Part shown: positions 52,611 through 64,000 of the stretch, in pieces | Numbering within the stretch: the first letter of the stretch is position 1 | Layout of the letters: each line of letters begins with the position of its first letter | Assembly: GCA_036172245.1 (NCBI GenBank) | Contig: JAYWIR010000009.1 | Span: 1,922,001-1,986,000, forward strand | Direction of reading: 5' to 3' | Origin: Raillietiella orientalis | Taxonomy: Eukaryota | DNA: 64,000 nucleotides | Notes under the pieces: model-generated | The model's database searches: none | Told to the model about the DNA's origin: nothing | What the model saw: only the letters and a program-made list of their open reading frames with translations | Program-made: the position numbers and the translations under genes

Positions 52611-55407
52611 CCAGAGCGGACAGCGTTTAGGACAGAACACCAAAATGCGACTTTCAGTGTGGTTGGAGCAAAAATGCAATATTATGAAAGTGTTGTTTCA
52701 AACAAAGTTAAAAGTTTATTCAAACAACTGCTGAATTTTAGGCTAAAACTCTGTCAATAATGAACTCACGCCACCTCGTATAGGACCTGAGGAAAATTGA
52801 GTTAAGAGATTTGTGATTAGAAATTCAATCTCCAAAGAATGTAAAGTTTTAAGACACCATCCACAGCAGGCAAAACCTTGTCTAAAAAAATCACAGTTGT
52901 GACATTCGATTACAGCGAGCTTTCGGAAATCTTCCGATGCTTCCACTCGGGAATGTGAGGAAAGGATGAAAGCAAAATTGAACGATTAGAAATTAGAGCT
53001 GAGCTGAACTTGAGCTGGAACTAGATTTCCTTCTGTGATTGTTCATATGAGCAGCTTGAACTGCCAGATATTTTGTAACGTGTCATGCTGATTACTATTT
53101 GATGAGGATTTTAATTCGAAAAATAATCGTCGGTGAGATCCAACCCAAAAATGACTACTTATGCTGTCATCAGTAAAACAGTTTGTTTTCATGTGATGCT
53201 TTACAATATAAAGGAAAAGCTGAATCACATCGTTATTTCCCACATTTCATCATGTTGGTCTTTGGTATCAGATCAGCAATTTCTACGATTGTGATGGTTC
53301 CTCTTTTACTCCTGATGAAGTGCCTTTTTTAAGATGAGTTGCAAAAAACTTTAATGTATGTAGTTTCAGTGCAACCACTGTGTAGAAGCCAATAGAAAAT
53401 AGAAAATCGAGGTATTATTGAAGTCATATGCTACTTTTCAAGAAATGCTCCTTTAGTAGTTGACAATCCAATCCTACCAACCGAATATTTCACCTAATAG
53501 CAAGAAAACTTCAAGCAACATACATGCCAGCGACCTCAACGAAATCAAAGACCCATCTTCTTCTGTTAATACACAACACACACCTCCCATGAACTAATTT
53601 ACTGATTCATGAATTCCGTCATAAAGTGGGGAAAAAAAAAAAAAATAGAAGCAAAATGTCTCGGAGAATAAAACTCTGCAATTCCAAGCAGCTGCAGAAT
53701 CCTTGGGAGCACTGCGCTTCTGCTAAGCGTCTTGTTGAGTTGGATCGCAAAGTTTTTGCCAAGTGGGGAGTTTGTGTACGCGCAAGCTGTGTGCACATCA
53801 TAACTAATGATGGAATGATTGACAATTAATAATGATTTTCATAAATCTAGAAGTGCTGTTTTGTTGCATGGTAGTGTTTTTTGTCCCATTTGCACAGAAC
53901 CAGTGGTAGCGGAGTGCTGATAACACAGTGCAAGTTGCAAAGTGTGTATCCTAGCGAGTTGGTTGTGTTTGAAATTTGAAAAGTTTCACGTTTGAAAGGT
54001 TTGAAATTTTCCCAAGGTCGTTAAAGAGGTGGAAATGTATCAGGATTGACGTTTGTTTTGTAGTGTTAGTAGGCCCTTTAGAAACTCAGTTCGTCAAATC
54101 ACTGTATGCAGCATAAAATTACAAAATTCCAGTTAGTCGCCGTTAATATTCAACAGCGTGATCTCTTGGACTATCGACCTTGCATTCCATATGCATATAC
54201 CTTTTAAATATGCATTCCATATTTAAACGGCCAGTTTTTTCTATTCAAAAGCTCCATACAACGCTTTTATTAAGCATTCAGATTGTTTCGGTTTTAAGGT
54301 ATTAAATGTATGTATTCCTATTGTACTAAATGTTACTGCGCCGGGTGGGCTAATATACATACTTGTCCACCCAAATATAATCCGCAATTCCGGAAAAAAA
54401 AAAAAAGAAACATGAAACAGCTGTATGCATAGCACATATTCAGTGCAATTATATACCTATACAATGTATTATATAATCTCCAATATGCTGTGCGAATATA
54501 CATATGTAGGTATGTACGCATATGTATAATTATATAATACATTGTATAGGTATATAATTGTACTGCATATGTGCAGTGCACATAGCCGTTTCATTAGACT
54601 TTTTTCTGGAATTGAGGATTCCATTTTAGGAATAATCACGTTCCAGGTTCACAGTTGTGGTTTGTTATGTTTGTGTATTTTAAATTAGATTTCCGAATTG
54701 CTGTTATTCAGTCTATGGTTGCGTACTTGTTTCAGGAACAATCTGTTGATAAATTCGTTCACAATTTTGATTCCAGTACATTGTAAATTTTATGTCGACT
54801 GATTTCGGATTTTCACAATTTGGTATGATTTCTAAGTGGAATCACCTTAATTTTACCATTCAGAATGTACATATTTGCGTCTTTCATGAAACTATCAGCA
54901 GACACTTGAGCCAGATGCTCACATTTGAAGCATTCATTTTTTTGAAAACATGAAGTTGTGTGTGGATGTTCTCAGTTGAGTTGCCTGTTTTTTCTGAAGT
55001 GCTTGCAAAGCTGATTGTTAAGTGTGCATCTGTTTTCTTACTTTCTCATGACTTTCTAAATAACTTACTAAAGCAAATAGAGACAAGATGATGGGATTAG
55101 TTTTCTGTTCAGAGTTTCTTTTAGCTGTGATTTCCGTTATGGCTAATATTTTGTAGTTCATGCATACAATGTTTGTTGCACCATATGCTTGTGTGACTTT
55201 GAAAAGAAATCACTTTAATAATTAAATTACAACGAATGCACCTGTAGTAACCCTTAGTCATCTTTGGAGATTAAAGATTTATGTGAACATAATTGATGCT
55301 GGGCATAGTTACATGATCTTTGTCGTATTGTGCTCTGAATGTATTCCATTTGATTGCTTTCTTACAGAGGTAGCTGCTTAAATTGTTTCATAACTGTGAA
55401 GTTTATC

Positions 55408-55735
55408 ATGCATAGTCTTTTACTTCGAAATGGTAAATGCATCCATCAGAAAGCTGTGCAAAAAATTTTTTTGAAACATTATGCAAAACAACATGAATAC
55501 TTAATAAATAGCAAAAAATTCAAGCGATTAAAGGAACTGCAAGCATTTTACCAGGTTTGCCATGCATTACATAGATGCCACAGAATTTAATTATATATCA
55601 TTGCAGAGAAATCCTGATGTACCTGTTCACCTACGAGCTGGATTGAGAGATTATGTAGCCACTTATGTTGCTACAGCTTTGTCAATTGTCTCTTTTGCTT
55701 ATCCCTTTTATCTCATTGCAAGTGAAATTTCATGA
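55408..55735 (+). CDS. COX7A: Cytochrome c oxidase subunit 7A-like protein, 91 aa; exons 55408-55554 and 55607-55735
   Basis: MHSLLLRNGKCIHQKAVQKIFLKHYAKQHEYLINSKKFKRLKELQAFYQ|RNPDVPVHLRAGLRDYVATYVATALSIVSFAYPFYLIASEIS*. Carries the COX7A signature Q..FQ...PVHLKGG..D, one TM helix and a basic N-terminus. Phase-0 52-nt GT-AG intron; upstream acceptor at 55367; AATAAA about 90 nt downstream. Confidence 0.8.
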
Positions 55736-58700
55736 GTAGATAGGTTGCTGTTAGTCACAAGTAAATTAACTATTTACTGCACCTTAAGGGTAGAAGTTAT
55801 GCAGACAAAAAGCTTGAAGAGAAATAAAGCACTCAATAAATTTCTAGGCTATGTATTATTTTCATGGCTTTTGCATAAGTACATGGGAAAAAGTTTGACA
55901 GGTTCTCCTGTTCAGTGCCTGTTCATTTTGTGCTCAGTTCGCTATCAATTTACTACATGTTTGAAAAGAACATTGCAAGTACTGAGGAAGCAAAACAGGT
56001 GCAAAGTTGCAAAATTTATTTTGTTAAAAAAGGGAAATTCAGAAAATTCAGAACGCCTCTTTTATTCCAAGCTCCCATAATTTTTGCTTTCTTGTTTCAG
56101 TTACTTAAACATTGAATTTGAATTTTCCTCAAATGTTCCAGTAAAGTGATGGCGTACATATTCCCTAAACAGTGATTTAGGGAATATATGCACGTTCAAT
56201 TTGACATTTAATGACATTGTAACCGATTGGTATTCGTGCCTTCATTAGGCGTGATTACAATCAAACTATGCTTGCTTCCGAGCTATCTCCCAGAGTTTGG
56301 ATACCACCATGCAATGCAAAAAATTTCAAATTTCGAAAGCATGCGAGATATAGAAGTAAGAATACTATTCGATAAGAACCCGAAAAGTCTCATGCCTGTT
56401 TGCAGGAAGATTCAAAATTCGAAAGCAGGTAGGGGGAGGCCGCAAATGATCACGTCGTCGTCATCATATGGCAAATTTGCATGTGTTGTAGCAAATCGTG
56501 CTGGCACGAACTGCAGTGTACCTATCCCAATCCAACTTGTCAGATGAATGGTCCATCCGTTGATAATTGTGCGCAAACACACACCGATGACGGACTTACG
56601 AAAGGGCGTATATTTTTTTCGAGTCAGAGCCGTATGTAACCCTTGCCGGAGTGGAGGAGTTCTCCGTGCGGTTGCAGGGGGTGCTATGTGCTGAGACGAA
56701 GACGGCAGTTGCCGTTGATAAGTCATCGCGGAAGTGCTCTGAAACGGATTGTCGTATCAGATGGGCACTTTCGCCTATCTGTGTTCGTGAACGGGAGGGT
56801 TTCTTTCACAGAGTCGAATCCACAGCTGTTTTCTGTTTTGTACTGAGAGGCTTTTCTGCGTTCCGCCCTTGGGAGGCATGTGCGTGACGCTGGCTCGTTT
56901 CTCCTGTTGGCATGCAAAATCCCGCACAGAGTCCTTCCTGTCGTCCCTCCGAACCCGAGAAGAGTCCCGGATCTTCTACTGTTGCTCCGACTTTCGTTTG
57001 CTATCCTCCTGGCGTCTTCCTGCGATATGCGAAGTGCCGTGGCAAAGCATCCCATCCTCGCATTCCTCCAGTTACTACTCGTTCCGCAGCTGTGTGTTAT
57101 CGCGGAGGTGGGGAGTAAGTGGGACGCCTCTCGTTTTTTGCGTATTGAGCAGAGCGGTGGCTCTGATGGGTGCCGGTATAAATCTCAGCTTTACCCCGTA
57201 AGCCCTTGGCTTGATTCCTAATGGTCCGGAGGACGCATCACGGAACACTCCGGTTGGAACTGGAACACGAAAACACTGGCGGGGATTCCTGGGTTTTGCA
57301 TCCGTGTCTTACTCCAGAAGGGCGAAGCGAACGTGCACTCGGGAACTGCGCAGAGTTCGCAAGCATCCGAAATGGGAAAATACGCTTCGGGTTCGTGTCC
57401 ACAGCTTTGAGGTCTAGAATAGAATATGCCTCAGAGGCCCCGTTGCGCTGAGGTCCCGTTGGTTTCGCAAGGACTGATGGGAAAGGTGTTGGATCTCGGT
57501 CTTTGGAGGAGCTTGCTTTGGGGATGCTGGAAGAACTGCAAGAGGCTATGCTGACATTTTCATCTCTCCTGAGGTCCCAGCACTACAGCCGAGAATCGAA
57601 ATCTGTGACATTGGGAGGAGGGGTTGGCATTATTCCTCATCGGTTGCTCCCAAGTGCTCCAAGAGAAGCTGTTTCGTTTTCCTCTCCTAAAAAGTCGCGC
57701 GGTTCTGCCGAGAGGTAATGAGCAGGGACGTGAGTCACGCCTCATCGTGGGGGCAATGGAACGAAGGAGGATTTTCTGGGGCTTTCGCTCCTCTTCATCG
57801 AAGGCTGTCGCCTGGATGGTCTTCCTTTCCCAGCCAGCATCTGTCTGCAACCGTGGATGATGAGTGGGTGGATGGTGTAGGGCACCGGCGTTGCTTCTTT
57901 AACCTCCCTGTCCCACTTTTTCGTCCTTTCCCTTCCTCCCTCCCGCTTCATCCTTGCACTTTTTTTTTCTCTCGAGCTTTAACCTGTCTTCTTGCAACGG
58001 CCGCGTCGACTGGATCCGCCAGTGGCGGTTCTTCGTCCTCGCAAGAAAGGGGCCCCACCAACCGAAGACAGAGTGGTGCTTTCCCCCTCCTCTTCGTTTC
58101 CATGACTTCCGTTATGCTCCTCGCACTCGAAGGTCAGTACTTCTACCTGGAGTTTTCGGTAAGAAGAACTGGCTGTCTCCCTCCTCCCTTCGGTGTTCTC
58201 GGATTGTTGACCAGGAGGATGCGGCTACGAGCGCTCTTCTCCCACAGGACCACCCTGACGATCGATCGATCCCGAGGAAGAACGGCAGATCCGCTCCCTG
58301 ATCCGTCGTGTAACGGTGGAAACTTGCGGTCAGTTTCCCGGGTTTTTCGCGTGTTCTTGCATCCGGGAACACCGCTCTCGGCGCAGAGCAGGATGACGGA
58401 ATCTCCGACGCTTCCGGCAGACTTGTGCAGCGTGCGGCGTCCGCGGCGGCTCACCGGGGCGGCTGCGTTCGCCGTCTCGTAGCGCCGCCACGCCGCCGCG
58501 GGAGAGCGCGCGCGTGTGCGTGTAGAAGCGTCGAGGCACTCCCGCGTTCCATCTCCGCGAGGCGGGCAGCGACCCCGGGCCCCCCCCCCGTCGCCGCCTT
58601 TCGCCAGGCTGCTGAACGACGGTACATCTCGTCCGGCAGAATGCTTTCCCTCCTCCTTCCCATCCCTTCTGCCCGTTGCCCCCTTTCCCGGCAGCGCACC

Positions 58701-60050
58701 GCGTCCTCCCCCCATCCCCCGTTCGGCTCCAAGGACAGGAATGCGACTTCCTCCCCTCTTGGTGAAGACGGGCGGCGGGCGTCGCGCCCCCACCTGTTTC
58801 TCCCTCTCATGGAAGGGGATGTGGGGAGTGCAGGGAGGTTCCTTCTCTCCCCCCATCTCTCCTCCTACGAGGAGTAGGGCAGGGAGTGGACAGCGATCCA
58901 AGTAAAGGGGAGCTGCGCACGCACCGGATGAATAGCGAGTTCCCGTATGACTGAGATCCCCGCGGCATCGGAGAAAGGGGAGAGACATCGTTCACCCCGG
59001 AAATAGCCTCGGAGTCCCGTGGGGGGGAGGGGAGGAAGGGAAACTTCCGGGATGAAGAGTCGCTCCTGCTCTTCCTCTGCGCAAAGAGTTGACGACGCGT
59101 GACTCGACCGACGGGAAGGGAGGGGCAAGGAGCGCCAAGTTCCTTCGGCGCACTGCCTCGCAAGGGACAGGCGTCCAATGGGAGGGAACAGAGGCTTCTC
59201 TCCCTGTCTCCTGAGGCTGCAACCGCCGGGAGTCGCGCGGGTGCGGAAAACCTCTCACCGCGATTCCCAGGGGAATCGCGTACTATCGGGCAGAGGGATG
59301 GCGGCGTCCCTTTCCCGAGTGGCGCCCTTCGAGCAGGGCGCCATCGCCGCAGCTCCCTGGGGCGCACGGGAACCTCCGCCGCCTTTCCCGGTGCGCGCGC
59401 CCGGGCAGAAGACCCACAGACCAAGAAAGGGGCAGATGGGAAAGCGCACTTCAAAAGCAGGGTGCTTGGAAGCGGAATACGAGACGCTGGAGAGTTTCCT
59501 GCTCCGGCGATGACGTCAAGGCGCCCCATGGTCGCTGCGCCTTGCGGTGGCGGCGGCGAGGAGCAGCGAAGCGGGGAGGGTGCCGGTGGCCCGATTCCCA
59601 GAGCTTGCACTGAGGGGAGGGGAAACTCTCCTTCCCTCCTCTTCCCCTTTCCCTTCCTCCTCCCGTTCGCCCCGCGCGCCATATAGACAGTGCGTTCGGT
59701 AACCCACGCAAACGCCGCGAACCGCCACGCGGCGCGAACGACGTTCCCTTCCGGCCGGGGGGTTCGACCCTGCAAGCGATCGCGGAAACGGCGTGCCGGA
59801 AGCGCTGACACCGCCACACGTCGCGCGACCCCGACCCGCTCTGATTCCTTCCTCTCCTCCGTCCGGTCCCGCGTCCCTCGCTTCGTCCTGGTGACCCGCT
59901 CTCGCGAGCGGCACTTGCAGCGCGTGCGAGAGAGATGGAGAGAGATAGTGCGCGGCATCCTATCCCGTGCGCATCCGGCCTCTTCCATTCCGGAAACGCA
60001 GGGGAGGAGGCGCCGCGAGGAAAGCAAAACAAAATGGCCGCCACGCGCGC

Positions 60051-60290
60051 CAAAATCCTTACCTAATTGTAATTACCACTACCTCACATGAAACAATTGC
60101 TATAACCCACCCATAAACTTTAAAAACCAACATTAATTTAAAATTAAAATTTTACAATACTAACAAGCCATACAATCCACCAATAAATGTTCATTCTCTT
60201 ACACATAACAATCATTTTATTTAACCCATCAACATTCAACACTAATATTAATTTCACTATTAAAACAAAACACATATTTAATACTTCTAA
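60051..60290. other. AT-rich, G-depleted insert; candidate NUMT
   Basis: Only 5 G in 240 nt on the plus strand, with abrupt borders against very GC-rich flanks; flanked by cgcgcgc on the left and gcgcgcgcgcgcgc on the right. Confidence 0.5.
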
Positions 60291-60418
60291 GCGCGCGCGC
60301 GCGCCCCGCATGGCTGCCCGCTCGCTCGCTCCCGCGCTTGGCGCGACGCGGCGCCGCCCGCCCTCTCAGAGCGAGCGACCTGCGCAAGAGGCGGGCGGTG
60401 AACCACTTGCCAACTGGG

Positions 60419-60576
60419 TCAGTCAGCGGCTGCTGAGGACGCGCGCGCGCGCGCAGCAGCTGCAGCAGCAGCAGCCTCCGCGACCGCTCCGTGGTAACCA
60501 CCGCCGCCTCCTGAGCACAGGCAGCAGCCGTTCTCTGTCTCAGTGTAAAGTGTCCGGCGGCTGACGTCCGTCCGAG
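60419..60576 (+). promoter_or_regulatory. Arthropod-type initiator (TCAGTC) and non-coding first exon of the downstream gene
   Basis: TCAGTC at 60419-60424 matches Inr TCAKTY; strong donor GAG|GTGAGT at 60577; matching acceptor (cttccctgtccag) ends at 60794. An AAAATGGCCGCC (YY1/Pho-like) motif lies at 60031. Confidence 0.45.
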
Positions 60577-60832
60577 GTGAGTCCACCCCCGCGCACTCGG
60601 CACTCGTGCGGCGATTCATTCTGCCCGGCGGCGGGAGGGACGGTCGCTTGCCCCTCACCCTCACCCGCCGCCTCTCCGGGCCTCCCTGGCGTAGCTCTTT
60701 CGGGGACCGCGCGCAGCACCCCACCCCCATTCTCGGGTCCCCTTGTGGGTACGGAAGCTGCGGCTGTCCTCTCCCCGGATGCTTCCCTGTCCAGGAACGC
60801 AGCCGGCGCCACCGTCCAGACAGGAAGGAAGG

Positions 60833-61864
60833 ATGAAGGAGCAGCCGACGGCGACGATGGAGGCGGCGATCGTCTCCTGCGTGTTCTTCTGCCTCTCCCG
60901 GTGCTGCCTCTCCCAGGCGCACCCACCCCCTCCCGACGGTGAGTGACGCCGGCACCCCCGTTGGGCCCCTATCCTTCCTCTCCCTCTTCCAGGAGGGCCC
61001 GAGGCGCCCATCTTCTTTCCGCTCCCTGAAGAGATGCTCGATCGCTTGGTGTCCGGCAAGGAGGACTGGGTCCCGATCCAGGGAGGCGACCCCTTGGGCC
61101 GCGACCCCACCCTCGAGTACTCCCCCCCCTTCGCGGACGGCGACGTGCGCTTCGGGCCTCCCCCGTTCCCGGGGAAGCTCGTGCCCCCGGGGCTGCTGCA
61201 CTCATCCCGCCGGGACGGCAGCGACGACGATGGCGATCCTCCAGGAGCGGCGGGGCTGACGGAGGTCCGGTACGTCCCGGACCCCCAGCACCCCGAGCCC
61301 AGCCCGTTCGAGTTCTTCCCCAGACCCTCCCTGTTCCCCTCTTCCCCGGTTCGCTTCCGGGAAGATACCCTTTCCGACGGGAGGGAGGAGGGTGCCTTAG
61401 GGACTGCCACCCCTCCTCCCGCGACCATGGTGACCGCGCCGGCGGCGGAGGTGACTGCCGGGAGCGCCGCGGTGGTCATCCTTGGCGGCCGCTCCCAAGT
61501 GAAGATGTACGGGGCGAACCGCCAGCCGCCTGGGAAGAAGAAGAAGATCCAGAATGTCCCAGCAGGAGCCGGGAGCGGAGGCCCTTCGCGCGGGGAGGAG
61601 GAGGAGGAGAAGAACGCGCCTCCGACGACGATGGCGCCCCCACCGCCGGATGTGAAAGACGCCCGATTTTCGGGCACGGCCGGGAAACCGGACGGCATCC
61701 AGGGGACCACTCTGCCGCCGACCCCTGCGGCCTCCGTCGCCCAACTCGCCGTCACGGCAGACCACAGGAAGAAGATCCTCCCCGTGACCCCTCGTGACTT
61801 CCTGGGTTCCTTCTCATCGATACTCAGCCAGCTGTTCCTGGATCCGCGGCGGGCGCTCCGTTGA
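60833..61864 (+). CDS. Uncharacterised secreted Pro/Gly-rich protein, ~325 aa; coding exons 60833-60938 and 60993-61864
   Basis: Signal-peptide-like N-terminus (MEAAIVSCVFFCLSRCCLSQA). A phase-1 54-nt intron (GTGAGT...ctcttccag) joins it in frame to the 61034-61864 ORF, which contains the motif DWVPIQGGDPLGRDPTLEYSPP. Confidence 0.7.
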
Positions 61865-64000
61865 GAGGCATCGCCTCGGGGAAAGAACAGGATTGCTCCT
61901 GCCCCGAACTCTTTTCCCTCCCTGCCTTTTCCTCTTTCTCTTCCTTCTCATCCGGATGATCGGCCCGCTCCTCTGCGGCTCCTCCTTCCTCCTACCCCGC
62001 CCCTAAGAACGGTGGTTAACTCGGGACGCTCCACAGAGGCAGCGGCATACTCCCGCGCCCTGCGACCACTACGGGAGGTCGTACCTCCCTTCCCCGAGAC
62101 GGACCCTTCTCCCTCGCCCTCTTCCCTCCCTCCATCCCCCTTTCGACGGAGGACGCCATCTGAAGAGCAATCCGGAAGTAAGACTGGGAAGCAGGGCTCG
62201 TATCCCACCTCGCCTTGGGAAAATAAAAAAGGGAAAAACTGAAGAGAGTTTCCTCCTCCCTTTTTGTCCCGCTTGCTTCGAGGATTGGCCCATTCCAGAC
62301 GATGGTAGGCCTGAATCCCAGGAGCTCCCGGGCGGACCAGGAGCGAGGGGAAGGAAGGGAGAAGGGAACGCTCAGGAAGAAGGAAAGAGTGAGGTTAGAA
62401 GAAGGGAGTGGGGGGGGGGAAGAGGAGGGGAAAGAGACTCGGCTCAACCGTCCGTTTCCAAGGCGATGCGCTTCATCGGGCGAGGACCGCCTTGCGCGTC
62501 TCCACAGGGTGGCAGAAGCGGGAAGGCTCTCGGGAGCAGCATCCTCAAGGGCTCCTGCGGCTCCCTTCTGTTCTCCTCCCCTCGAGCCGCCTTATTCCAT
62601 GCGGCCATCCCTCAGGAAGAGTTTCCTCCTTTTAGGAAGGGCCAGGATGATCCAGAGGGAAAGACAGCGATGGCGACTTGGGATTTCTCTCGAGGCTGGG
62701 TGGTGGTGGCGGAGGTAGTGGCACAGGAGGTAGAGGAGGCTGCGTGTCATCTGTGGATTTCTCCCCCCCCCCCTCCAGGATGACGATCCCTCCGGCTTCC
62801 CTCTCCGTCCCACGGCCGGCGCATGCTTTAGGTGGAGTACCTGCCGTACACCTCGCAACTCGTCGTGGAAGGCGCCCCTTCCTGAGGCAACTTCGCTGGA
62901 GGCACCTCCTTCGCCTCGCAACGCCCCGCGAAAGACGCGGACGAGACCACGAGAGGAGCCCGCTACCTTCTCGTCCGCGCGCACGCATGCGCGTGCTCGT
63001 GCAGGTTTCCGGCGCGCATGTCAGCCTGCGCACACCAGCGCATACCGACCCACCCCTCCATGCGCCGGCGCGGGGCCCCTTGAAGATGCCAGGAACGGCA
63101 GGAGCCACCAGCATACGAGACTCTGGAAAGCGCGGTCAGCATCCACCAGCAGCTCTGCCGAGATGTTCCCGCCCTCTTCACCCTGACGCCTCCTTCAGCG
63201 AGCTGCTTCCGGAACGCTTCCCATCGGCATCTCCCTGGTCGCTCGCCGTCTCGCCACGGCTGCAGCCCCACAGCATAGTGCCGCTCCTTTCAACCTGCGT
63301 TGGAGGACACGAGGTTGGGCTTCTTGAGGGGAATCCTTGGTCCCCAGTGCACTCTTTGCTCTTTGTTTCCACGGTACCTCCGCTGCCGAGCAAGCCACGA
63401 ACCTGACTCCTTTCACAGTGTTCTTCTGCGGTGGTGTTCCGATACACAAAGGTCCTCTCAGGTGAGGATGCTCTTTTACCACGTGTCCGCATCACCTGCG
63501 TGCGATGGGGATCCCCGTGACATGCCGTTCTTTCTTTGGGTGTGAATGCAACCTCATCTTCGCAGATGAACGAACAGAGCGAAGGACTCTGACACTGAGC
63601 TTCAGTAGGCTTTTGGAGTTGGCCGTCAGCTTCTCTCCCTGGAACCGCTTGCACGGAGTAGGGGGCAGCGGCACTGCTCCATTGCACTTCTGAAGAGTCC
63701 ACTTTGCACTTGCACACTTCGAGCTTATCTCAAGTCTGCCTCACAGCTTCTGAATTACACGACTCCCGGGAATCCTTCCTCAGTGTACCACGATGAAATT
63801 CAACCACGAAGATGCAAACCACCAATTTTCACTGTTGTACTGGCTCCAAAGTGCATCCTCGAGCATCTTAGCTCGTTGGAATCCATATCATTGTATCCAA
63901 TGTCCTTCACACTCAATTCAAGATCGCATGTGGAGGTGTGCTAACTTTCTCACGATGCCTCTCACACTAGCAACATTCCCATAAGATGTTTCCCTATTTT

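Noticed and set aside
58143..60091. Long overlapping ORFs (e.g. 406 aa at 58807-60027)
   Set aside because: Arg/Pro/Gly-rich shadow ORFs expected from very high GC; open in several frames with no recognisable domain.
62590..63720. Coding gene at the window end
   Set aside because: Several low-complexity ORFs on both strands interrupted by stops; no consistent splice model or recognisable domain.

Overview
Eukaryotic genomic DNA, most likely from an arthropod (inferred from protein similarity, a TCAGTC initiator and mostly 39-56-nt introns). Six spliced protein-coding genes can be read by hand: NACHO/TMEM35 (+), VTA1 (-, convergent, stop codons only 17 bp apart), SNAP-25 (-, 7 coding exons), EI24 (-, first exon not located), a 2-exon COX7A-like gene (+, split in the ORF track) and an uncharacterised Pro/Gly-rich secreted protein (+). 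Intergenic and intronic space contains many decayed non-LTR retroelement remnants, dominated by one L1/Tx1-like family with about 8 fragments. There is also a Tigger/pogo-like remnant, a 51-bp minisatellite and a probable mitochondrial insertion (NUMT). The most striking signals: (1) a 31-bp perfect hairpin shared by two ~98.5%-identical LINE copies 39.3 kb apart, whose 7-nt loop is inverted between them (flip/flop isomers); (2) a covarying 25-nt 3' stem-loop in this LINE family followed by a palindrome carrying AATAAA on both strands; (3) several other near-perfect short-loop palindromes suggesting template-switch mutagenesis; (4) a nearly G-free 240-bp insert inside a (CG)n tract of a GC-rich promoter. 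All family assignments come from my own motif recognition; no database searches were run.
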